Shown: positions 1 through 12,000 of the stretch, in pieces
Position numbering within the stretch: position 1 is the first letter of the stretch
Layout: each line of letters opens with the position of its first letter
From: Priapulus caudatus
Lineage: Eukaryota
Assembly (NCBI RefSeq): GCF_000485595.1
Contig: NW_014577076.1
Location: 124,001 to 188,000 of the forward strand
DNA length: 64,000 bases
Direction of reading: 5' to 3'
Position numbers and translations under genes: made by a program
The notes under the pieces: generated by a model
The model's input: only the letters and a program-made list of their open reading frames with translations
Databases searched by the model: none
Told to the model about the DNA's origin: nothing

Positions 1-270
1 CAGACTGTGGCAGACAGACTAGCCAGACGTGGCCAACTCATTTGTCCAGGGAGCCAAAGCCACAAGCGGGTTGTCCTTGGCAACTGACCATGCACAGTTC
101 GCCCATGGCCACGCGATAATATATAAACTGGTCTAGGGGCAACTGTCCCCCGATAGATATAGCCCCGTTATTGTTTAGTAATATCAGATGCGTCCCATAA
201 TACAAATATACAAATATTTGCACAATCCGTGTAAGACACCTATAACATAACTATCTTTAATTAACTATAG

Positions 271-1468
271 GCCAAAATATCAGAAATCAATTATATCAGT
301 GAAGCAGCTGTAATACTAGACGGAGCCGGGTTCAACATCATTCAACCTGACCATCATCTCCCAGACACAGCAAAGGTATAACACGTCCATTTTAACAACA
401 TGATTTCACCAGTTATATATTTGGACTTCCATTCAGCTGTGCTGTGACAAAAGCCACCAATTGTGTTTATTGACATTAATATCAAAATTAAATAATACAC
501 AAGGTTACTTCAAATGGGTCCATCCAGTAACATACTGTTTACATGTTTCTATATCGATTGTAATTTGTAGACTAGAAGGTTAATGAAGAATCTGTTAAAA
601 TTTACATGACTAATTAATTATTGACCGCATCGATGACAACATATAAATAACCCGAAAAGAATTCGCCTGTTAATCAGAAACAGTACGGTGAACTTTCATC
701 TGAAAGAAACACAATTAAAATCAAAGGTAATTACTATAAATAAAGTAACAGTGACGACTGTGCTTATTTTATTATATTTTAGATCACCACGATTTTAAAC
801 TACACGGTGGAGTTAGTAGGGCTGGCAGCATTCGACAAGCGCGTAGTGATTGGCGTCGGTGTGGGAGCTGCACTGCTTGCGCTAATTATCATCATCTTTA
901 TACTAGTCAAAGTAAGACAACTACACAATAACTGAGACTCAATAACTACCAGATAAGCAGGCATCGAACCACGCTCACCCGCGTTCATACGCAGTCCTAT
1001 CCTACGCAGGAACGCATGCTAATCGTAGATTTAAATACACAACAAACCATTTCAATGTATGTGTATTATAAGCTATCTATCACACTAACACGCATCCCCG
1101 CACACCCACGTATACACCAGACAGGCAGGTGTGCGCGCACGCACACAGACACAAATACACAACCTGGGTTAGGCTAAGCAGGCGCTATTATGCGATGAAT
1201 CATCATATAATATTATGCTGAATTAAATAACAGTTTGCAGCAATAAACTATACAACAAAGATAAAATGTATCATGATATCAAGAGCCCATTAATATAAAA
1301 TTGACAGGCAGCGATTCTAGTACAATAACTGATGAAATACTTTCATTTCAGTGCAACTTCTTTAAGCGACCAGAGATGGAGAGATTGCGTGAGTTAAGAA
1401 AAGAATCCGTCACCAGTAGGATTGAGCTGATGGAAGAGGAACAACAGAATGATGGCCTCTCTGACTGA
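271..1468 (+). CDS. Integrin alpha subunit, 3' end only; coding exons 271-375, 783-911, 1352-1468 (5' part lies outside the window)
   Basis: Three phase-0 AG/GT exons splice to AKISEINYISEAAVILDGAGFNIIQPDHHLPDTAK-ITTILNYTVELVGLAAFDKRVVIGVGVGAALLALIIIIFILVK-CNFFKRPEMERLRELRKESVTSRIELMEEEQQNDGLSD*. A single TM helix is followed by KCNFFKR (integrin alpha KxGFFKR motif) and a short charged tail. Confidence 0.85.
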
Positions 1469-2005
1469 CAATGCTAGAACTACCAAAGCCGACGTAGAAA
1501 TTTAGTGATATTTTTTCATAGTTGTAAAAAAATACCCGTAATATGGTGCATGGGGCAATACGTTTTGCAAACATGTTTATGAATAAGCAGGCAATTGTCT
1601 AATTTATCATTCCCATGGTTTATAATGTAGCAACATTCACTGTCAAAAATATAGCGTGCTCAGACATCAACCAAAACATTGGATTTACATCCTTCCCAAG
1701 AGGTACACGATGGGACACTGCAAGATATATGATTTGAATTCCTCTCCATGCAAAGGTGATTTAAGCTCTAGTCATTTGGTTTTTAGCTACATGAAATACA
1801 AATGTAGAAATTAAACGCTTTATTTTAACACATACCTGGTCTTTTTCCAACTTTTCCGCACATGGAACATGGAAATAAATGTCACTAAATAACGCCCTTT
1901 CCTTCGTTCTTTCACAATTTAACACGCTGTTTTTTAACCCTGACCTTCATGCTCAACATCGTAATATGTTTAACTCGATAAGCCAATATAGAAGTCCACA
2001 GTTAC

Positions 2006-2180
2006 GCTAAGGTCTATGTCTCCCTGGGTATTGCCAGACCATAGCCTGGTAACTATCTGGTATACCGGACCGTAACCACCTACTCCGAACCGTATACCCT
2101 GTTTTGAACCTCCTTGACCGATTGTTGGCAGGAAGCGGCGACGGTCTGGCAGTACCCAGGGAGACATAGACCCTATCAGC
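2006..2180. mobile_element. MITE with 9-bp TSD (Mutator-like)
   Basis: 30-bp inverted repeat GGTCTATGTCTCCCTGGGTA(T/C)TGCCAGACC at 2011-2040 and 2143-2172; flanking direct repeat CACAGTTAC at 1997-2005 and 2181-2189; G...C termini. Confidence 0.7.
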
Positions 2181-3010
2181 CACAGTTACTGCCTGTCATT
2201 TTTGAGATCACACCCTCGTATAGCATCATCAATTTATATGCAAGAATGAAGACCACGAACATACGACGTATGCAAAGTAATTTGTTTGCAATAACCTCAC
2301 TGTCCATCTCATCTTTCATATAACACGAACGAAACCAAGTTAGCAACGAACTAATATAATGTAATTCAAACCTTGTTGACATTGTCACCATTACACATTG
2401 CAATAATACACAAAAATATGTTTTCTGCCACAATATAAAAAACAAACACGAGAATCTTTAATGGATGTGAGCAAGAACCTCATAATAACTATTTTTCAAT
2501 TGTACAATAAAAATATATACGATGCATTAAAATGTCTATGTGTGCACCACCACCACATGTTTGATATGTGATACTTAAAATTTAATTTGATTTTGAACTA
2601 ATCATATACAATAAATATGTTTAGTTATGTCACTTTAACATCTCAATATTATATATGCTATATGTATATACACAAAATACATGTATTTGTTAGGAGCACT
2701 ATTTTATGCAATTCTGAACATGGAATAAAGTACAGCCACACTTCTCAAAATACACCCTTTACCTACAAATTAGTAACTATTAAAATGTAACAAGGGGTGC
2801 ATGATGTCAGTGAAGAAAAGCTTCACCCACTTTTCCACGACTTGCCTCCCATAGCAGGAACAATGACAGTACGCACATGACTACATGCTGCTACACCTTT
2901 CAGCATCCAAATAACTGGTCCTGAACATAGCTCTAGGTGATGCAGTCTAATGCACCCATCCTATAATTTTTAATTTAAAGGGAATCCACTTGCGTTTTAT
3001 AGTTTGTTGC

Positions 3011-6000
3011 TCAAACATCGGCCCTGTTGATGGACGGTTCACTCGCACTTCGACTTAAATGATTGCCAGTCCTCTTGCTTGGATATTTGATGAACAGGAC
3101 CAATTGCACTGATGTTAGAAATGTGCCTATACAGTTTGGTACCTAGCAGAATATAGAATAGAATGTAACATTGCCAGCTGTATGTTTCAGCTTTTAATTT
3201 ATAAGCATTATTGCTGTTAAATCCAATTATTGGATATAAGGCAAAAACGTTGACCTAGGTCATTATCCATTTAAATAACCCCCAACTATACCTTTAAAAA
3301 TCACAGCTGCTTATCCCCACATACATTAGAGAATGTAACGTCTAGTCCTACAGTCTAACTACGAAATCAATGTATTCACAATATTAGGCTCGTACGTGTT
3401 ATTAGATATAGAACATTTCATGGGAAAGTTGTGATGCACAGAGTTCTTATTCAGGGCAAATAGTATAACATCAGGAGTGAATAATAATAGAAGAGTATGA
3501 CTCGCTCAAAACACAAGAAATTAAACATTTCCATGCCCAAATTTACCTATGATTTATTACATGAAATCCAATAAACATGACATCAGAACTAGCACTATAC
3601 ATCCAACTTGTCTTCACACTTTACTGTGTATCGATACCTCTTCTTATTATGTAGTTATAGCTTCGAATGTCAGACGTGGTTTCACTTATTTACACAGCCA
3701 AGCAACTGTCGATCCCACGCTGTAAGCGTGAACAAGAGGCAGCTTGCTCTGAGACACCTGTTGGCAGGGTTCGGCAGGGATTTGCAACTCGCAAAGACGT
3801 GCGTGTTATCATGTGTGCGGGCTCCCTCACCGAACGCTGGCTCTAACCCCCTGCCTAACCCCACCAACAGGTGTCTCAGAGCAAGCTGCCTCTTGTTTGC
3901 GCTTACAGCGTGGAATTGACGGGTGTCACTTTCCCCCGGGCGTAGAGGGAGGGTGCCGCTACGTGGCTGCACTAGTGTTCGGATTAGGGTTAGGGTCAGG
4001 GTTAGAGTTAGGATTAGGGTTAGGGTTAGGGTTAGGGAAATAAGGCCATGTCTAGCATGGAAGTATGACTGTGGAATGACAGAAGTGTACGAAGTGACTA
4101 GTGCTGCCACGTAGCGGCACCCTCCCTCTACGCCCGGGGAAAGTGACTAGTGCTGCCACGTAGCGGCACCCTCCCTCTACGCCCGGCGGAAAGTGACACC
4201 CGAGATTGACAGTCACTTGGCTGTGTAAATAAGTGAAACCACGTCTGACGTTCGAAGCTATAACTACATAATAAGACTAAGAGGCATCGATACACAGTAA
4301 AGTGTGAGGACAAGTTGGATGTACAGTGCTAGTTCTGATGTCATGTTTATTGGATTTCATGTAATAAATCATAGGTAAATTTGGGCATGGAAACGTTGAA
4401 TTTCTTGTGTTTCGAGCAAGTCATACGCTTCTATTATTATTCACTCCTGATAACATACAGCACTGTACTACATCATTACACAGCTTCGAATCAATATTAA
4501 AAGCATACCTGTATGAAGTAATCATGCACCAAGTATCCATACAACCACCATTCAAGGGAGACTAAGAAAGTCACAAAGGACAATGGAAATGACATTGAAT
4601 CTGTGCTCCTTGTTCGTATTACGTGTGACTGAAATTGGAAATGAAAGAACAAGTGGATTATTATTATTATCATTATTATTATTCAATAAATAAGTTCATT
4701 CGGTTGGTAGATAATAGAATTATCTTGGTTAATTTTTACTCAACTGTGTTGATTAAAACGTACTGCTGACGTTTCGCCTCCTATCAGGAGGCTTTCTCAA
4801 AGCTGACTGAAGTTATCAGATTTGACCAAATTTATCATTTTGGTCAAACCTGATAACTTCAGTCAGCTTTGAGAAAGCCTCCTGATAGGAGGTGAAACGT
4901 CAGTAGTACGTTTTGATCAACATGGTTGAGTAAAAATTAACCAAGATTGATCTATTATTCTTATTATTGCTCCTTTGACTCAATTCGCAAAGTAAATGCC
5001 TTCAGCAGCTGTATTGCACTGGTTTCGATAACAGGCTGTGTTTAGCAATGCTACAAGCCTGTAGGTATAATCATTAGCCTTTTGGCAGCAAGAAATTATA
5101 CCATTTCTACCTCAGATAATAAGTAATGCAAATCAGGATAAAGACCATTGCTAAAATGCCAGTGAATTATGTGATATTTTTATACATATAACTTCCAGCT
5201 TACTTGCATTTTAAAAACTTAGGTTTATCATAATTACATAGAGAAACAAATTGATTAAAGAATCTCTGCTTTGACTCACAGTACAATGAAGCACTTGGGC
5301 CATAATGAAAATATTGCTTGTTTGCCCTCACCCGACCGACCCGCCAAAAAGGGGCCGACTAAAAAAAATTTATTGATCTTTTTCTTTTCTTTTTTAACAT
5401 ATTGTATCACTACACATTATATAAATCTGTAAGCAATACATTATATGTACTAAGCAAAACAAACATTCAACATAAAAGGTATCTCCACACAAGCACACCC
5501 GAGCATGTAGACACCATGCTGAATTTGTAAAAAGACCCCCGCCCTCAAAAAAAGCCGACCTACCTACCCAAACTTTTCAGCCTGGGTCGGGTGAGGCCAA
5601 ACAACGATTTTTTTAATCATAACCTTACCATTTTTTCCAAGGGTGATGCGCAGAAGATAAGGCCAGCTGTACAGCAAGCCAGGCCCAGCTGATATAGAGC
5701 TGTGTAGAAATCACTAACAATATACTTGGTGTAGAAGAGCAATGGAAACACAAGGCAGCTTGCTATAAGCAATTGCTTGTGCAGTGTTTGCTAAACAAAG
5801 ACATGAACATAGACTGAGCTTATTATCTGTTGGCTATTTGAATAGCTTTAAGCATTACGTGATAGAGACATATATAACATAGCATGCGTCTACAATAACT
5901 CTATACTGTCTCAAAACTGATGTAATTGCACACAAAATGAAGTGCGGATAGAAGCAACTTGTCCAATTACTCATTGCGGCAGCACAAACAATATAGTAGC

Positions 6001-9000
6001 AAATTACAAACAGCAACATTGCTTAAAAATCAATATTTCATTATTAAATAACATGAAATAATATTAAATATTGATATTAATGATTACTAATTAATATTTA
6101 AACAAATAAAACCAAAACTAACTACAAACAATACGTGAGATTTGTGTGAGAATGCAACATGTGTGATAAAGATGGAAACTACATTAGATATTATAGTTCA
6201 GTTTGATAAAGTTGGGAAAATGTTAATAAATATACATATTATTATTTGCATATACCTTGTTACTGCAATATGAATAGTAGAAGATCACATAAGATGACTG
6301 CATAATCATGCCGGCAGCATTGACACTTATCATAGTCCAGTCATCTTTCATGATTCCATATTTTAACCATAGAATACAACTGTAACAAGCACAATGTAAG
6401 CAGAGTACATTTACATATATGTTACCACTAAACACAAAAACCTACTCAATCGATTTAAAATGGTCCTACCTATCAATACATAGAAATACATATCAACTTA
6501 AATCAATTTAATGTTAACTGGTAAAAATATGATTACAAAAGCAAATACACCTATATAATCTAAAGATTTAATATAGGAGATCAACTATGAAAATCTTCTG
6601 TAAGTTTGTTTCTATACCTGCTCGTAGCAGCAATGAAAGGGAATGCAGATGTGTCTAGTGTTCCACCGCGATCATAAATTTTTTTACATATCGGCCTGCA
6701 ATAAAATCAAAACATTATAATTATTGATGAATTATAATCATGGTTTGGAATGTATGATCAATATATAAAAGACAATGTGAACTACGCCCAAAATAAATGC
6801 AACTGGTAAGAAGTTGAACATTTCTGTTAGTTCCTAAGGAAATTTTAAAGGATCAATTCAACACTATTAACAATTGTATCACATTATAACTATGCCACAT
6901 ACAAAAATGTTTAGTTGAACATTACTATAAGTGTGACCTATACTCTCCAAGGAGCGAAATGGTTTTTAGCATAAGGACACCAGGTAATTAATTTTGTTTT
7001 ACCCACAAATCTCACTTAATTGGTTAATTAAATTATATCAACACAGCAGTGCTGCCATCTGCTATCAACTTACAAAATCAATTAGATGAAACATATCAGA
7101 AAGAGTAGAGTGAATTAAGGTAGATGAGCGGAGAAAAAAGGTAGAGAAGAAGAGAATCTGGATAAAGGAGGAAAAAGTGTATAATAAGTATAAGAGAGGG
7201 TGTAGAGGAGGGGGAAAAGAAGAAGGGGAGAATGTAAAGAAAGTAGAGCAAGAAGAGAAGAAGCGTGAATGAATGAAATAAAAGAATTAGAGGAAAGGAA
7301 AAAGCTAGAAGAAATAAAGAAGAGGAAGAAAATATATTAGCTATAGTCAGGGGTCGAAATTATATTTTTATTTTGGTATCCATTCGGGATACCAGGTATT
7401 GAAATCTGATATCCCCCCCCCCAAAGATCTGTTATCCCATTTTTGGGATAGTAATTTCAACAATGTTGGTATCCAAAATCTTGAAATAGTAGCATTATAT
7501 AGCAGCTAGTATCTCAATAATAGCATTTGAAAATAAGCATTGGCAAAACAGTCGCGTATCCTACCAGTACCATAGGCAGGCCCGTAGCCAGGGGGGGTTC
7601 GGGGTGTTCGAACGAACCCCCCCCGAGCCCCTCCCCCAAGCCAAAAATTTTTTTGTTGAAAATTTGCAATGAATTTCACCTCAGGCGCTCCATTTTAGTG
7701 TATAATTGCAAAAATCTCCATCGTTGGGCGAGGGTGAACAGTGAACACCCCCCTCCACACCCTCCCCCGCTCGGTCGCTTGGCTCCCTTGCCTGTCGCTT
7801 CGCGCCGAGCAGGGGCGTGTGTACAGGGGGGGTCCAGGAGTCCGGACCCCCCTTGCTCGCGCGGAAACGCATCTAGGGGGGTGCTAATTTAAAAAAATCG
7901 TTTCCCCCAGACCGCCCCTTCGCATCTCGGCGACACTAGTGGTTACGGTTTAGACCCCCCTGGTACAAATCCTGTACACGCCCCTGCCGAAGCAAATTTG
8001 CCACATTGAAAAAACGAACCCCCCCCCCAATAGAAAGTCTGGCGGCACGGTCCGGATTAGGCGAGCGATGTAATGATCGCCTGATATCATAATTGTAGTT
8101 CAACGCGCCGTTGAGCGTTGTTATAAGCCGGTATTTAATAACTACATCATTAAAGGTATATAGGTATTGCGAATAAAATTCACCCCATGTCATAAAATTG
8201 CCAAATGTTTACGCCAAATGTTGCTCGCGTTCATTTTACATACGCCTCCACACTACACTGCAGACGTATTGTCTAGACGCATTGTCTGGTTCGCTCGGTA
8301 CAATGTATACACATCACATTTATGTTTATCAACATCGGCCACGCTTGCGCTTGCAAATATGCTATGCCTGCTGTGTATAACGCTACTCTGGGCATAGTTA
8401 AAGGGTGCGCACTCGCGCTCTGCGCGCACTCGCTCAGATGCGCTGCCGTATAAAGTTGATAACTCAACAACCACTACCCCGATTTTGACGATTTTTTTTA
8501 CTATCCTGGCAAGATACCAAGCATTGAAATCTGGTATCCAACACAAGAATCTGGTATCCCGCGGATATCGGGATACCGCTAATTTCGACCCCTGATAGTA
8601 GAGGAGAATTTGGAACAGGTATGGTAAAGTAGGGCAAGCTGTGGAGGAGGTAGCATTGTGGGACGTTCAGAGGTATAGAAGAAGGATAGCAGTAAAAGGA
8701 GTGAGGAGGTAGCGGATGAAAGAAGGCAGAACATGTAGAGCAAGTGAAGGGTACAACGACTACTCAAAACTATCTATGATCATTGATTCTCACGTGACAA
8801 TTGGCACATGTGTAAAATTGGGTAGCAATATAAATATATCAAAAAGAAACGTCCCTTTGCCCCTGCTAGTGCTACAGGGCTATAGGCCTACTATAACCTA
8901 TGATGAGAATCTGAGAAGAATGTTTACAGCGTAGCCAGCAATGCTGTATTTTGTGGCCACTGGCACAATAAAAATTCACTCTAGCCAACAATATAAACTT

Positions 9001-12000
9001 TTATTGTTTACCCGGCCATGCAGCTAGCAATTTACATTTAAACCACCATAACATGACGAAATTGGCTCCTTTATTGAATGCAGATGTTTGCATGATGAAA
9101 TCACAAAGCCATATTTGAATTGAAATGATTCAGCTGCGCTGGTGAGTAGGCAGCCTGAATTTTCAAGGGAGGGGTGGATGGTCTTCCCCTGTCACCACAT
9201 GGATTGGTGTTGAGCTATATAGACTAGTACCTGTAACAGTGCTCGAAATAAGCGTTGTCCGGTTGTCCGAGACAACCAGAATTTGCGCCGGACAACCTAA
9301 CCAATCTGAGACATTGTCCGGTGGACAACAAATTCAGTGAACAAAGAAACCCTATTCCTAACCCTAACACTAACTCTAAACCAAAGATCGTAGAGTGCCG
9401 TAGGCACAAGATAAACCACTCTCCAATCATAGCGTAGTAGGTCATGGGTCGCCACAACCGCCATTTTAGGAAGCAAGTTCACACAAAGTTCCCGGATGCT
9501 GCTGTATCTGCTACTGTGCAACTGTCTGCTGTGTGCTGTCAGCTCAGCTTACTGTTCTGCTGTAAATTGCTCGAATTGTCAGTGTAAGCCCGACCTGTCT
9601 TTCTTCAGGTTCCCCAAGAATACGGAAAGGTGAGAAAACATTCTTTTTTGTCGAAATCCATCGTGAAAGAGTTGTGCAATCTTTGTTGATACATGTAGTA
9701 CCAGTGGCAGTGTTGTTTGTGCACAGGTCGTACGTGCGGTGTACTTCACTACTTGTGTGTTGCAGATGAGCATTTAAACGGCATTTACAGCAAGTTATCG
9801 ACAATAATAGGCGAAATAGAGTAGAGAAACATTAATACTTTGATAGTAGATACATTTAGTGTTTAATTACCATTATTTGTTTGAGACGGTCCAATGAAGT
9901 GCCTGTGCACTGTACCACTGTCTGACACTACACCACTGCACTGTGTACATATACTACATAGTAACATCCGATTATGAATCATTGTTAGATTTTTGTACAC
10001 TTGAATGAGAGATTTGATACAGCTCATTGAGCCATAAAAAATATTATCTATTACATTATATTATAATATATATATATATATATTAACCATGGTTATCCAT
10101 ATTATTTCTATGTATCAAACAGACGCGGAGCGGGTTTTGCTTCCTAAAATGGCGGACGTGGCGCTCCATTGCTTACTAACACGTCATTGCACGTGATTTC
10201 GCATGAGTGGTTTATCTTGTGCACTCTACGATCTTTGCTCTAAACCGACTCGGCTATCTTATATATGCGTGGTACCAATTAATCTATGGTGTATAACCTT
10301 TTGCTTTCAATATTTTGCATCTGAACTGACAATCAATCCCAACAACTGGTATAGGCTAGCTGGCACAATAATGTTCAGTTTCATACTTCAAATCCCAGTG
10401 TTTTCTAGCTCATCAGAAATCTTAATCGTGAATTAAATCGTGAATAATATAAAAATATGGGACAGCTGCTCATTTCCAACACTGGTATATGTCAGGTTTT
10501 CTGATTTATGAGAGGTGAACTCGATTTGGAACCAGCAAGTTTCCAAACATTTTCTGGGGGAGGACCCATCACCCCCCACCTGTTCTTTCACCCCCCCGCC
10601 CCTGCTTGGATCTAGACCCAGCCAATTGAACAACTTACACATATCTTGGGAGGCAGAGAACACATGAATCAACAAATTGGCGCCACAAAACAAAATTGCA
10701 GAGAGCTGAGAGGTAGAGGGAAGCCGAGGGTGTGGAGAGGGAGGCGAAGGAGCCAGTTAAATATTAAAGTCATCCACTAATTTGCGCAGTTCGCCTGTTT
10801 TTGGCCCTTGTTAAAAATCCTCGGCCTACGCCCTGTTTTTTTGGCTGCTTTTCTGATCAATATTATTATGTGATTGAAAATAGGAGATTTGGAGATATTT
10901 TTTGGGACAACCAGAAATGTGCGGACAACCGATTTGGATGCTGGGGTTGTCCCGCAGGACAACCACATTCTTTTTTCTTATTTGTCGAGCCACTGCTGTA
11001 AGGAGAAGGTAAAGTTCAAACTGCTTACTAGTGATCACATTATGAGTGACAACACAACAAGATATACAACAATAATTACAGTAATATATTTGTAAAGTAG
11101 CTTGCAAGCAATAATCGATTTAATTTCTGCCCACCCAATGTTCAATGAGTTTTGGCTACTTTGCGATCGGTTATGTGTTACTCGTGACATAAGGGGTGTT
11201 ATACCACATTTGTGTTCAATTCCATAAAGTGGGCCAATTTGTATGTTATGGTGATTTAAATGAGAATTTTCTAGCTGGTCGGCTACAAATAACGTTGCCG
11301 GCTAGGCGCTGATTTTATATTTTTGGGTGCGTGGATTACGGTCTACAAGTCTACAGAGTACAGCCCAGGCGTACTCGCTGCTACAGCGCTAGCTACAGGC
11401 GGCGATTTCGTAGCTCTAGTACTATAGCCGGCGGATAGCTGCTGGCAGCCGCGCCCCAAGGATAGAGAACATGGGTCCCAATAAAACTCAATGTGCCTAA
11501 CCCTATCCTAAATCCTAACCCTAACAATAACCCTAACCATAAGCCCCTAACTCTTTATAGTGATATATATTATAATCTTATATTGATGTAAATGACATTG
11601 CGTTTCTATTAGGAGCCCGTGTTTCTCTATCCTTAACCCCGCAGGCCTGCGGCAGCATATCCGCGGGCTATAGTACATAGAGTAAAGGCAGCGATGGCCC
11701 CCGGACAACTCTGTAAACATTCTTAAATTTTTCGGAAGTTGTAGTAGAGGCCATCTAGATGGCAATAATGTACTCCAATACGCCAAGAATAGCGTTACAA
11801 ACACGTCTCTATGGTTTTCTGCTGTGAGGAAATTCAGGCGCGAAGCCCCAGTTGAATGACTCAGGGGCGGTTGCTGGTGCGTTTTAAGAGACTAGAAACT
11901 TCCAAACTGGGTTTCAATTCTCAACAACGTGGGCAACCTTTCTCCGCCTATCTTTGAACTTACTATGTATCACAATACTCTGTATATACAACTACATATA

